Source: Candidatus Latescibacterota bacterium
GTDB lineage: Bacteria > Latescibacterota > UBA2968
Length of the DNA stretch: 64,000 nt
Direction: 5' to 3'
Assembly (NCBI GenBank): GCA_965198115.1
Contig: OZ240241.1
Coordinates: 7,936,001-8,000,000, forward strand
Shown: positions 54,286 through 64,000 of the stretch, in pieces
How the letters are laid out: every line of letters starts with the position of its first letter
Numbering within the stretch: the stretch's first letter is position 1
Translations under genes and position numbers: made by a program
Notes under the pieces: model-generated
The model's database searches: none
The model's input: the letters and a program-made list of their open reading frames with translations, nothing else
Told to the model about the DNA's origin: nothing

Positions 54286-54487
54286 TGTCATTTCGACACG
54301 GTTTCGTTTGGACACTGCTTCGCCCGTGTGATATCAATTGATCTGTGGAGAAATCCACGCAGGGAAGTGATGGACCCGCGCTGACGAAAACGGTGAGAGC
54401 TTCACGCGCTCAACTTCGCCTATCATTTCGCGCAGGATCTCTCACCCGATTGAGAGGCGCTTCGCGTGAGTCGGGTTCGAGATGACA
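54286..54487. repeat. 202-bp palindromic element (MITE/REPIN-like)
   Basis: Ends TGTCATTTCGA / TCGAGATGACA; inner arms GAGAAATCC / GGATCTCTC; partial copy at 36848. Confidence 0.78.
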
Positions 54488-54543
54488 AGCCCGCCATCGT
54501 TCGGCAACAACTTTTGACAACAGCGTGTCGCAAAGGAGACCCC

Positions 54544-55461
54544 ATGACACCCTTTCAGCAAAGACTCCAAGGCAGCATCCCCGCCATCGTCACCCCCCTG
54601 AACGAAGACTTCACGGTTGACGCCGAGGGCATCCGCAAAGTCGCGGCCAGGGCGATCGACCACGGCTCACGAGGGGTCGTCGTCGTCGGCACATCCGGCG
54701 AATTCGCCGGAATCGATGACGACCAACGAGAGATCGCGATCCGTTCCGTCGTCGACGAAATCGGTGACCGGGCTCCCGTCATCGTCGGCTGTGGCCAGCC
54801 GAACGTCCGTCGCACGCACGAGCAGGCAAAGGCAGCGGCCGACTTGGGCGCTGACGGCATTCTCGTCAACCCACCCTTTTACTTCCCCATGTCTCAGGAC
54901 GAGGTCGTTGGTTTCTTCGCCGGTCTCGTCGACGCCTCTCCGATCCCCGTCATGCTCTACAACATCCCCGGGATGACGAAGGTTTCCGTCGAGCCGGCCA
55001 CCATCCCGCGATTGGCTGACGTCGGCGTGCAGGGCACCAAAGACAGCTCCGGAAGCCCTGCCAATACACTCGCTTACCTCAAAGCCCTCGGACCCGACTC
55101 CGATTTCCGCGTGGTCGTCGGTGGCGAGACGTTCCTTCTCCACCTGCTCGACGCCGGTGTCTGTGCCACCACCGGTCTTGTCCCTGGTATTGCTCCACAG
55201 CTTGCCGCACGCGTCCACGACGCCTGGTGCAACGGTGACTACGTGGCCGGTTTCGCCGCCCAGCATAGGTGCAATGAGTTCTCCAGCACCCTTCGGGGAC
55301 TGAGCACCTTTGGCCAGGCGACCGGAAAGGCCGTACTGAGTCGGCTCGGCCTGATCCAGAAATGGGTCGCGCCTCCGAAGACACCCATGTCCGATGAAGA
55401 AGCCGATCGCGCCTTCGAGGCCGTAAAGGGTTTCCTCCCGGAGTTCGAAGGCAACGAATGA
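54544..55461 (+). CDS. Dihydrodipicolinate synthase (DapA/NAL) family aldolase
   Basis: IPAIVTP, GTSGE, PPFYF, MLYNIP, GTKDSSG; AAGGAG RBS. Confidence 0.92.
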   Translation: MTPFQQRLQGSIPAIVTPLNEDFTVDAEGIRKVAARAIDHGSRGVVVVGTSGEFAGIDDDQREIAIRSVVDEIGDRAPVIVGCGQPNVRRTHEQAKAAADLGADGILVNPPFYFPMSQDEVVGFFAGLVDASPIPVMLYNIPGMTKVSVEPATIPRLADVGVQGTKDSSGSPANTLAYLKALGPDSDFRVVVGGETFLLHLLDAGVCATTGLVPGIAPQLAARVHDAWCNGDYVAGFAAQHRCNEFSSTLRGLSTFGQATGKAVLSRLGLIQKWVAPPKTPMSDEEADRAFEAVKGFLPEFEGNE

Positions 55462-55489
55462 TTTTTCCGTTCCTCTGACGCAGGCGAAA

Positions 55490-57919
55490 ATGGACGACGA
55501 AACGATCAGACTGGGCGTCACAGATTGCGGCATCATCAGCAAAACACACGTACGTGCAGCTCGCGATGTCCAGGGCGTCGAAGTTGCGGCCGCGTGTAGC
55601 CGCAATTCGGAAAAGGTCGCAGCCTACTGTGACGAGCACGGCATCCCCAACCGGTTCACCGATTGGCGTGAGATGCTGGCGAGCGATTCAATCGATGCCG
55701 TCATCATCTGCCTGCCCGACGGGCTGCACGAACCGGCGACCCTCGAGGCCGCAAAGCACGGCAAGCACGTGTTGGTCGAAAAACCGATGGCGACCGATCT
55801 GGGTCGGAGCCGTTCGATGGTCGAGGCCACGGACAAAGTGGGCGTGGTTCTGATGGTCGCACAGATGGTGCGTCAGTTTAAAGGCTCTATCCGGGTTTCT
55901 CAACGGTGAAACTATAGAATGACAAGGTCATAGATCGTTCCCTACGCTTGGTTGTGTGTGTAGGACAATCAAAGCGAAGGGGGTGCGACCTATGACCGGG
56001 AGCAGATTACTATCGAAACTGCTGAGATTCAAGAGGTTCCGTGTTGTCAGCTGGTGGTTTGAGGGGAGAAGCTGTTTCGTCATCGCCGTAAAGCCACATA
56101 AGAATGGTTGTTGTTGTCCGGAGTGCGGCCGTCGAGGCAAAATCGTCCGCACAATGCCCCATCCGCGTCGGTGGCGTGACATTCCGGTGTGCGGGTGGAG
56201 GGTCTGGCTTCTCTACCATCCTCGGGAGATTCGGTGTCCTACCCACGGTCGTGTGGTCGAGGAGATTCCGTGGGCGGAGCGGTTCTCTCGGGTGACGTAT
56301 CGCTTCGAGTATGCCATGCTGCGCTACTGCCAGACCATGACGCAGAAGGCGGCGTCCGAGTTACTGCGCATCTCTGCCTCGACGCTGTCGGATCTCCTTC
56401 ACCGATCCATCACGCGGCTTCGTGAAGGTCATCGTATCCGAGGGCTCAAAACCATCGGGATCGACGAGATCTCCTACGCCAAGCGTCACAGGTACGCCAC
56501 GCTCGTTTACGATCTGGACCGCTCCTGCGTGGTGTGGGTTGGCCGCGGCAGGGCGCGTAAAACGATCGATCGGTTCTTCACAGAGGCTCTCAGTCCCTAC
56601 CAGAGATCCAAGATCGAGTGGGCCTGCTGCGACATGAGCGAAGCTTACATCGGAGCCATCCAGGAACACTGTCCGAATGCCAAGCTGGTCCTCGATCGCT
56701 TTCACATCGTCAAGGCTCTCAATGCCGCCGTTGACGAGGTCCGTAAGGACCAGTGGCGTAAAGCTGCCCCGGATGAGCGCAAAGCCATGAAGGGCCTCCG
56801 ATGGCTCCTCTACCGGCACTCAGCGACACGCTCCAGAGGGGATACTCGGACACTCAAAGCACTGGAGAAGGCGAACTACCGAATCTATAGAGCCTGGAGA
56901 CTCAAGGACGAGTTCGAGCAGTTCTGGGAATACAAAGCGCCCTGGGCTGCCGAACGCTTCCTGAAATGCTGGACGACGTCCGCACTCAGAAGTCGACGTG
57001 AACCCCTGCGAAAGTTCGTCAGGACCCTGCGACAGCACTTCTTCGGCGTCCTCGCATTCGTGAACACGCGTCTTACCAACGCCATCGCCGAAGGCCTCAA
57101 CCGAATCGTCCAAATCGTCAAGAACCGAGCCAGCGGATTCCGCACACTCGACGCATTACGATATGATCTTCCTTACCGTCGGAGACATAAACATCCCTGA
57201 GCAGATTCCGAAGAGGTTCCGCACACTCTAACCGCGCCCCCATGCCAGGAACCACGGCACCTTCACCCACTTCATCTCGTTGAGAGATCCGGATATAGCC
57301 GTTTAAAAGCCATCGCATTGCCAAGGAGATGATTCAGAAGGGGAGGATCGGCTCTGTCACCAGAGCCACGCGGAGGCGACATTGGCTTCTTGGACCCGCC
57401 CTTGAACAGGGTGCGAAACGGCCCTGGATGGCAGACCCGCAGCTTTGCAAGGATGCGCTGTTGTACGGCCTCGGTTCTCACGAGTTCGACGCACTCTTGT
57501 GGCTCTTCGAATCGGAAGCAAAGGAAGTTCTCGCCAAGGGCGAGAAGGAGAAATCCGTCTGGGGGGGATGGCTGTGGATCGAGACATCGGGCAGGCTTCA
57601 GAGTGGTGTGGAGCTTTCCGTCTCGATGTCTCTCGACGCTGAGGAAAGGATGTGGGATACCGTGATCGAGGGCTCGGAAGGAACGATGACGCTCTACGAG
57701 GACAGGATCGTCATCGAAGGAGAAGACATCTCCGATCTCTCACGTGATGACGCTTTCGTTTTACAGCTCGAAGAGTTCGCCCAATGCATTCGAGGAGATT
57801 GGACGCCTGGTCCGTCTGGAAAGAATGTGCTGTCGACGATGGCGGTGCTCGATGGGGTGGCTGAATCGCTGGACACCGAAGGATTGGTCGAGATCGAGGA
57901 ATTGAGTGTAGAGTGGTGA
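55490..57919 (+). pseudogene. Gfo/Idh/MocA oxidoreductase interrupted by ISL3 copy 4
   Basis: DAVIICLPDGLH, GKHVLVEKPM; rejoins as MVRQFKSHRIAKEMIQKGRIG. Confidence 0.9.
55883..57300 (+). mobile_element. ISL3 family IS, copy 4 (2-nt deletion ~57157)
   Basis: Same TIRs; TSD GTTTAAA(A) (55876-55882, 57301-57308). Confidence 0.96.
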
Positions 57920-57942
57920 GCCGGGGAGGTTTATCGCCTGCG

Positions 57943-58067
57943 CGATTGTGCGCCGACCGGTTTCAGGTGTCGCGAATACTTTCTCCGACGGCGGCGCGTA
58001 CCTTTCGTCCCTACTAATAGACCCGGGGCTTCGCCCCGGGCTAAGATATCCCGCCCTTTCAGGGCGG
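57943..58067. repeat. REP-like palindromic element between convergent genes
   Basis: CCCGGGGC-TTC-GCCCCGGG and CCGCCCT-TTC-AGGGCGG hairpins; homologous to 48585-50153. Confidence 0.75.
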
Positions 58068-58136
58068 AGACCCTAAAAACCCTCCGCCGTAAGGTGAGAT
58101 CGATCGCCTAGGAGTCCCGTACGGAGTGAGTTATCT

Positions 58137-59240
58137 TCACCTGCTTGCGAGAATCTGCCTTACGGACTCCAGGTACTCGTCATCTACAGGAAGTGTCCAA
58201 CCACCGAGATCCTTACCACAATCGGTGCAAATGCGTATGTGAGGTTTAAGTGCTCCTCCACAATACGCGCACTGAATCATCCATGCCTGATCAGGACGAA
58301 GAACGTTCAGGGGATGAACGAGCCCCGTCTGTCTATGAATCTCCTCTGCAATCCTCATCGTATACAAGAGGCATTCCAATGGAAATAGAGGTTCTTCGTT
58401 TCCCCTTACGCACTCCAGAAAATGTCGGTGCTCCAGTTCAAGTGAGTCACCGACCGTCGTGAACGCTTCTGGTTCCTTTTCACGAGCATATTCTACGTGA
58501 GCCTGATTCCTCCTTCTCAGACTTACATGCGTATTGGCACCGTAGGCTTCATAAGTCTCTGTGTTGAACCCTTGGCCGCCGTACCGGCTGATCAAGACGC
58601 CGCGACCTCCTCCAGCGAACACGATGTTCGCAACCACGGTTTCTTTTCTGGCCGGGTCGAAGTCACCCTCAACGATGATGCGTTCGGGTTCACCACCTGT
58701 GCAAGCGAGGACGTCGATAGCGTGGATGGTTCCATTGATAATGGTCCAGGGTGACTCGTAGGTCGAACGGAGCCATCGTGCGTTGCACAACTGCACGGGC
58801 TCCTCAAGGCGAGAGATTACCTGATGCCAGGTGAATCTCCGATTGAATCCCACGACCAATGTCTTTCCTGTTTCCCTGGCGACCCGCACGATGTCTTCAG
58901 TCTCTTCGATCAGGATTCCCGGGGGTTTTTCCACAAAAACGGGCAGTCCCGCTCGCAGACAAGTTGTGGTCATCCGGTGATGCAGCCAGTCGGAGGTCAA
59001 GATGAAGACGCAGTCTAATCCGCCTTCGTGTAGCATGTCCTCCATTGTGTCGAATGTTTTGTTGAAACCAAATCTGTCCCCCGCATTCTTCCGCCGATCC
59101 TCGTCCACTTCAGCCAGTGACTGCAACACCACATCGTCGTACTTGCTCAGCCGCTGCAGATGGTTTGTTCCCATACCCCCTGCGCCGACAACTCCTACTC
59201 GCATGACTTCCCTTTCCGTTATAGAGTCAGATTGTGTCAT
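58137..59240 (-). CDS. Gfo/Idh/MocA oxidoreductase with C-terminal zinc ribbon
   Basis: VGVVGAGGMG, PVFVEKPP, VGFNRRF; CAYC..CTDC at the C-terminus. Confidence 0.9.
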   Translation of the reverse strand: MTQSDSITEREVMRVGVVGAGGMGTNHLQRLSKYDDVVLQSLAEVDEDRRKNAGDRFGFNKTFDTMEDMLHEGGLDCVFILTSDWLHHRMTTTCLRAGLPVFVEKPPGILIEETEDIVRVARETGKTLVVGFNRRFTWHQVISRLEEPVQLCNARWLRSTYESPWTIINGTIHAIDVLACTGGEPERIIVEGDFDPARKETVVANIVFAGGGRGVLISRYGGQGFNTETYEAYGANTHVSLRRRNQAHVEYAREKEPEAFTTVGDSLELEHRHFLECVRGNEEPLFPLECLLYTMRIAEEIHRQTGLVHPLNVLRPDQAWMIQCAYCGGALKPHIRICTDCGKDLGGWTLPVDDEYLESVRQILASR

Positions 59241-59323
59241 CTTATTCTAATCGCGACGCCAGGCTACGGCAACTCTGTCTCCGTCATCAGTTCTGACCTC
59301 TAATCTCCCACGCGGAGAAGCGC

Positions 59324-60808
59324 GTGTACGGCAATAATCTTCACGACCCCGGTCTCCACCTCTTCCTCGACGACGAGGAGGTACAGGACCATCCCGGCTT
59401 CACGCGTAAAGTGCAGCACCCTCAGCGCGTCCAACCCGAACCGGTCTTGAAGCCCGATCGGCCCTGGGAAGGCCACGCCGTCCAATTGTGGGGATCGGTG
59501 CTATACGACGACGATGAGAACTGCTTCAAGATGTGGTATACCTCCGTGAGCGACGATCTCTATCGGCGCACCGGGCACGGCCACTTCGTGTGCTATGCCA
59601 CGTCCCAAGATGGAATCGCGTGGGAAAAGCCGGAGCTCGGCATCGTCCCGTGCGACGGATCCAGCGCCAACAATATCGTCTATCCGACCCCGCAGCATCC
59701 ATACGGCATGGACCACTGGGGTGTCATCAAAGACCCGTCGGAACCGGACCCCGACAAACGTTTCAAGATGGGGATGTATCAGCAGCGTCCGGGGGTGGAT
59801 GCACCCGAAGAAGATCCCGAGATGTCACGCGATGAACGCAACGCCCTGCGGAAGGTGTTGTTCGACAAGATCCGGGACCATCACGGTATGTACGCAGCCT
59901 TCTCGCCGGACGGGATACACTGGACACTGGGCGACCAGAATTGCGTTCCCCGTTCCGGCGATGCGGGCACGTTCGTCTATGACCCCACGCACCAACGCTA
60001 CGTTGCCGTCTCTCGTCGTTACGAATCTTTGACGGACCATTTCGTGCTGGAGTGGAAGCAGTGGCGTCGCGTCATCGCCCTGTCAACGAGCGAAGACTTC
60101 GTTCACTGGACACCTCTCAGAACCATTCTCAAGCCGGATGACTTCGACGATCCCATCGGTCAGATGTATGTGATGACCCCCTTCGTCTACGGCAGTCAAT
60201 ACATCGGCTTCATCGGCATGCTGCACTCGGCCACCGAACTGGGTCCGGTGCAGCTGGCCACGGCTCGCGATATCGATCACTGGCATCGGGTCGGACGGCG
60301 TGAAGAGTTCCTGCCCGTGGGTTCGCCGGGCGCCTGGGACGGGGCGTGGTCTTCTCTCTCTTCAAACCCACCCGCTCTAGTCGGTGATACGTTGCACATG
60401 TGGTATTCCGGTCGCCCGCAGGCTCACGGTACCGAGGGCCGGTTCTCCAGTTCCATCGGTATGGTGACCTTGCGTAAAGATGGCTTCATCGCTCTGCGAT
60501 GCGGCACCAGAGGCGGTGAACTGATGACCGAACCCGTCGAGGTGACGGGCCCGAGACTCTCCCTAAACGCCACCTGCCTGTTCGGTCGGAATCAGGTCCG
60601 AGTCATCGACGACGTCACCATACCTGACGGATACGACTTTCCCGATTGCAACGGCTTTGAGCGTCAGGACGCCACGGACGTTCCGATCGCCTGGGGATCC
60701 GAACGACGGAATCTGGCCCCTCTTGTCGGTAAGAAAATTCGGCTTCACATCCAGGCCGACAACGCTACCAGTCTGTTTGCCTACCGCTTCGGCCATAGTT
60801 CCTCTTGA
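59324..60808 (+). CDS. Five-bladed beta-propeller glycosidase-like protein
   Basis: PVLKPDRPWEG, FKMWY, CYATSQDGIAWEKP, SPDGIHW, STSEDFVHW, LRKDGF. Confidence 0.75.
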   Translation: MYGNNLHDPGLHLFLDDEEVQDHPGFTRKVQHPQRVQPEPVLKPDRPWEGHAVQLWGSVLYDDDENCFKMWYTSVSDDLYRRTGHGHFVCYATSQDGIAWEKPELGIVPCDGSSANNIVYPTPQHPYGMDHWGVIKDPSEPDPDKRFKMGMYQQRPGVDAPEEDPEMSRDERNALRKVLFDKIRDHHGMYAAFSPDGIHWTLGDQNCVPRSGDAGTFVYDPTHQRYVAVSRRYESLTDHFVLEWKQWRRVIALSTSEDFVHWTPLRTILKPDDFDDPIGQMYVMTPFVYGSQYIGFIGMLHSATELGPVQLATARDIDHWHRVGRREEFLPVGSPGAWDGAWSSLSSNPPALVGDTLHMWYSGRPQAHGTEGRFSSSIGMVTLRKDGFIALRCGTRGGELMTEPVEVTGPRLSLNATCLFGRNQVRVIDDVTIPDGYDFPDCNGFERQDATDVPIAWGSERRNLAPLVGKKIRLHIQADNATSLFAYRFGHSSS

Positions 60809-60817
60809 GGTTTACAG

Positions 60818-61387
60818 GTGGTCTCCGACGCCAAGGCCAACGACGAAAACCCGGCCGTTGTTCTGATCTTCGGCCATAACTGCGCCGGCAAGTCCACGGT
60901 GGGTCAGGCACTCGCCGGGCTGTTCGAAAAGGGCGCCTTCATCGAGGTAGACGAACTCCGCTACAAGGTCGTTGGGGGTCTCGTCGCCTACAGCGGAGGC
61001 GCCAAACCCAAGGACGCGCCTGAAGAGTATGCGGCGCAGTGCAGACTGGGCGAAGAAAATACCGTCCTCCTCGCGCGAAACTACGCAACGCATGGCTTCT
61101 CGAGCGTCATCGAGGGGCTGGGCGAAGATTGTCGTCCGGGCACCGGCTGGGCGGAAGCCCAGTTCGGAGAGCTACCCGTACTCCACGTGCTGCTAATGTG
61201 CGATCACGAAACAGCCCTCGCCCGGATGATCGAACGCGGGTGGAAACGCGACGGCCTGTCAAAGGGTTTCAAACGGGACCAAGCCTGGTATCAAGACAAT
61301 CAGGAGCAGTTCGACATCACCGTTAGCACCGACGAACACTCGGTCGTGGAAGCCGCACAACACATCTACGAAAGAGTCCGATCCTGA
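60818..61387 (+). CDS. Small P-loop kinase (AAA_33-like)
   Basis: Walker A GHNCAGKST, IEVDELR, ALARMIER. Confidence 0.8.
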   Translation: MVSDAKANDENPAVVLIFGHNCAGKSTVGQALAGLFEKGAFIEVDELRYKVVGGLVAYSGGAKPKDAPEEYAAQCRLGEENTVLLARNYATHGFSSVIEGLGEDCRPGTGWAEAQFGELPVLHVLLMCDHETALARMIERGWKRDGLSKGFKRDQAWYQDNQEQFDITVSTDEHSVVEAAQHIYERVRS

Positions 61388-61417
61388 TCGCGAGAAATGA
61401 TCCCACTGCAATACACT

Positions 61418-61438
61418 CAGGCTAAAGCCTGCGACTAT
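61418..61438. repeat. REP-like hairpin
   Basis: CAGGCT-AA-AGCCTG-CGACTAT between convergent genes; resembles GTAG-type REPs on the - strand (ATAG variant). Confidence 0.5.
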
Positions 61439-61506
61439 GCTATTGCGGGCAATCCACCCACTGCCTACAGGTTCGCAGCCGGGAGGCTGCTCCCACCGTT
61501 CACAGT

Positions 61507-62871
61507 TTACTTCTCCCTCTTCTCCACTTCTTCACTCCAAGGGTTTAGTCGATCGGGAATCTCGCCCTCGAGTATCGGATCGCCGGTCTCCGCCATCCAC
61601 CGATCGACTCGACCGCTCAGATCCGTTTTGATCGATTCGAACGCGGGATCGTCGACCAGATTCAGCGTCTCGTTCGGATCACCCTCCAGATCGAACAGTT
61701 CTTCACGATCCCTGGGCTCGGTCATGGGCGGCCACAGATAGTTCCAGACAACCTCGTATTCTGTCCCTAACCGATCTTCTACCTCGTTCGGCAGCCAGTA
61801 GCGCATCGGACGCTCTGCCAGATGCCGGATATACCGGAATCTGTCCGTTCGTACGGCACGCATTGGATCGAAGTAGGAGTTCGGTTGATTCGTCGAGAGG
61901 GGTTCTCCATTGGGGGTCCCGCTGTGGTAGTTCCGTTCCAGAAAGACCTGCGCGTGAGGTGTGTACGCTTCACCCTTTAGCAGGGGGGCGAATGACTTTC
62001 CTTGCACTCGATCTGGAATCTCCACCTTCGCCAAGTCGAGAAGCGTCGGGGTATAGTCGATGTTCTGAACCAGGTGGTCGACAGTCATCGCGGATACACC
62101 CGGCACCTGCATCAACAGCGAAATCCCCGAGCCTGCTTCATAGATCGTCGGCTTGGCACGAGGAGCCGCTACCCCGTGGTCGTTCGTGAACACCACGACG
62201 GTATTGTCCCGATAACCGAGCCGATCGACGGCCTCGAACAATGAGCCCAGGTGATGGTCCATGTACCGGATGCAACCCTGAAAGAACGCCAGTTCCTTCC
62301 GCGTTTGCGGCGTATCAGGAAGAAACGGCGGCACGTAGACGTCATCGGGCGCCCAGGGCTCGAAGACGGTTGCTCGCCCCCTACGATTGATGCTACCCCA
62401 CTGGCCCGGATGGGTTTCCGCCGTGGCGATGTTCAAATAGAATGGCTGGTCCGATCCCTGATGACCTTTGAGGTAGGTCACGGCATCCCCCAGGGCGTCC
62501 TCCACGTATCTGCTTTCGTGCACGAGATGATAGCGATTGTTTTCGCGAACGTTCCGCTCGTGTTGAATCCCGCAGTTGACCGTTTCATAACCTGCCGTGT
62601 TCAGATCGTCCACGATCGTCTGGCGTTCCACCGGCAGACTCCAACCCCGGTTCACCAGACCCATGAGCCCGTTGGAATGCGAGTATTGCCCCGTCATCAC
62701 GCAACCTCGTGACGGACTGCACGCCACCGCATTCGTGTATGCCCGGTTGAACTGAATCCCCTCCGCCGCGAAGCGGTCCAGGTTGGGCGTTTCAACACCC
62801 GCACCATAGCAACCGAGTTGCTTTCCCAGGTCGTGACAGACGAAGTAAATGATGTTCAGTCGATCATCCAT
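61507..62871 (-). CDS. Sulfatase (Cys-type formylglycine), sulfamidase-like
   Basis: NIIYFVCHDLG, CSPSRGCVMTG, FTNDHG, ELFDLEGDPNE. Confidence 0.93.
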   Translation of the reverse strand: MDDRLNIIYFVCHDLGKQLGCYGAGVETPNLDRFAAEGIQFNRAYTNAVACSPSRGCVMTGQYSHSNGLMGLVNRGWSLPVERQTIVDDLNTAGYETVNCGIQHERNVRENNRYHLVHESRYVEDALGDAVTYLKGHQGSDQPFYLNIATAETHPGQWGSINRRGRATVFEPWAPDDVYVPPFLPDTPQTRKELAFFQGCIRYMDHHLGSLFEAVDRLGYRDNTVVVFTNDHGVAAPRAKPTIYEAGSGISLLMQVPGVSAMTVDHLVQNIDYTPTLLDLAKVEIPDRVQGKSFAPLLKGEAYTPHAQVFLERNYHSGTPNGEPLSTNQPNSYFDPMRAVRTDRFRYIRHLAERPMRYWLPNEVEDRLGTEYEVVWNYLWPPMTEPRDREELFDLEGDPNETLNLVDDPAFESIKTDLSGRVDRWMAETGDPILEGEIPDRLNPWSEEVEKREK

Positions 62872-63145
62872 TAAGCTTGCTCCTGTTTCTCCGCGTCAAC
62901 GCGATGCAGCGCGCCACGCAGACACATCGGCAGGTTTGACTGGATTCTATAGATGTGGCTTTTTAGGGCTTGGAGAATAGAGGAGTAGCGTGTGGATATC
63001 AAGGAGCTTAGGTCTACGTGCAGAAGCGGCTAGTATGGGGAGGTTCACGTAAGTTTCATACCGATCTGGAGACGCTGGATGCGTAGCCGTGCGTGTGGCT
63101 GGTCGGCTGGGATGGAATCCAGGAATACACATAGGGGGAACATTC

Positions 63146-63904
63146 ATGGCTGGGCAATTTGAAAACCGGGTTGCGCTGATTACGGGTGGCAACTCGGGCA
63201 TTGGTCGAGCAACGGCGATCCAGTTCGCTGAAGAAGGCGCAAGGGTGGTCGTTGCTGCACGGCGGGTCACAAAGGGACGTGAGACGGTGCGTGCGATCAA
63301 GGCCGTGGGTGGCGAGGCGATGTTCATCAAAACCGACGTATCAAAGAGCAAAGACGTCAAAGCCACGGTGGAGAAGACGGTTGCCGCCTATGGCCGGCTG
63401 GATTTCGCGTTCAACAATGCGGGTGTGGGTGGGGGAGGATTGGCTCATGAGCTGGAGGAGAAGGTGTGGGACCGGGTCATCGATACCAACCTCAAAGGGG
63501 TGTGGCTGTGCATGAAATATGAGATTGCGCAGATGCACAAAAATGGCGGTGGGGCCATCGTCAACAATTCGTCAGTCGCCGGGCTGCTCACACCGCGCAG
63601 GTTTACGGCTTACAGTGCGAGCAAACACGGCGTGAACGCCATTACCAAGGTGGCTGCGGTTGAAAACGCTGAAGCCGGGATTCGCATCAATGCCGTCTGT
63701 CCGGGATGGATCGAAACGCCAATGACCGAGGGTGTCTTCAATGATCCAGAACGCTCGGCGCAGATCCTTGGATCTCACCCGATGGGTCGCGTAGGGCGGC
63801 CGCACGAGATTTCCGACGCGGTGATCTGGCTCTGCTCGGAGGCATCTTCTTATGTGACGGGCCAGGCGCTCGTGGTCGATGGTGGGCTGGTTCCAGGCAG
63901 GTGA
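63146..63904 (+). CDS. Short-chain dehydrogenase/reductase
   Basis: [23 protein letters not shown]. Confidence 0.95.
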   Translation: MAGQFENRVALITGGNSGIGRATAIQFAEEGARVVVAARRVTKGRETVRAIKAVGGEAMFIKTDVSKSKDVKATVEKTVAAYGRLDFAFNNAGVGGGGLAHELEEKVWDRVIDTNLKGVWLCMKYEIAQMHKNGGGAIVNNSSVAGLLTPRRFTAYSASKHGVNAITKVAAVENAEAGIRINAVCPGWIETPMTEGVFNDPERSAQILGSHPMGRVGRPHEISDAVIWLCSEASSYVTGQALVVDGGLVPGR

Positions 63905-63949
63905 AAACATTTTGTCTACCGATTGCGTAAGGTGAAATAGCGCCGACCC

Positions 63950-64000
63950 ATGAATCCCGCCCGAGCCTATGCAGCCGATCGAATCTACGACGGGGATCGA
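63950..64000 (+). CDS. Partial ORF at the right edge, possibly an amidohydrolase N-terminus
   Basis: MNPARAYAADRIYDGDR; only 17 codons visible. Confidence 0.3.
   Translation, partial: MNPARAYAADRIYDGDR

Overview
GC-rich (about 60% by eye) bacterial accessory/metabolic DNA. The gene content (eight 2OG-Fe(II) dioxygenases of PhyH/TauD type, a sulfatase, BNR and beta-propeller hydrolases, an M28 peptidase with a C-terminal DFDG...FxDFLxFAxxFG dockerin/EF-hand-like domain) resembles Latescibacterota/Poribacteria-type genomes; this is inference only. I saw no rRNA, tRNA or CRISPR array. Seven IS elements can be delimited to the base: four near-identical ISL3 copies, one IS630, one IS1182 and one IS256. 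Five of them split genes. Many other genes carry single-base frameshifts, probably partly long-read consensus errors. The most unusual system is at 29.7-36.8 kb. It has a promoter with two TACGA-N6-TCGT(A/T) operators, a BlaI-family repressor, and a BlaR1/M56 membrane protease whose penicillin-binding sensor is replaced by four tandem ~330-aa BtrH/C39-like domains. A separate, probably exported fifth copy of that domain follows. Other oddities are a 162-bp fold-back insertion with a 5-bp duplication in a PQQ-propeller gene, a head-to-head junction of two 5'-truncated genes, two families of dispersed palindromic repeats, and a poly-Asp ZU5-like lipoprotein. All family calls come from motif recognition by eye; no database searches were run.
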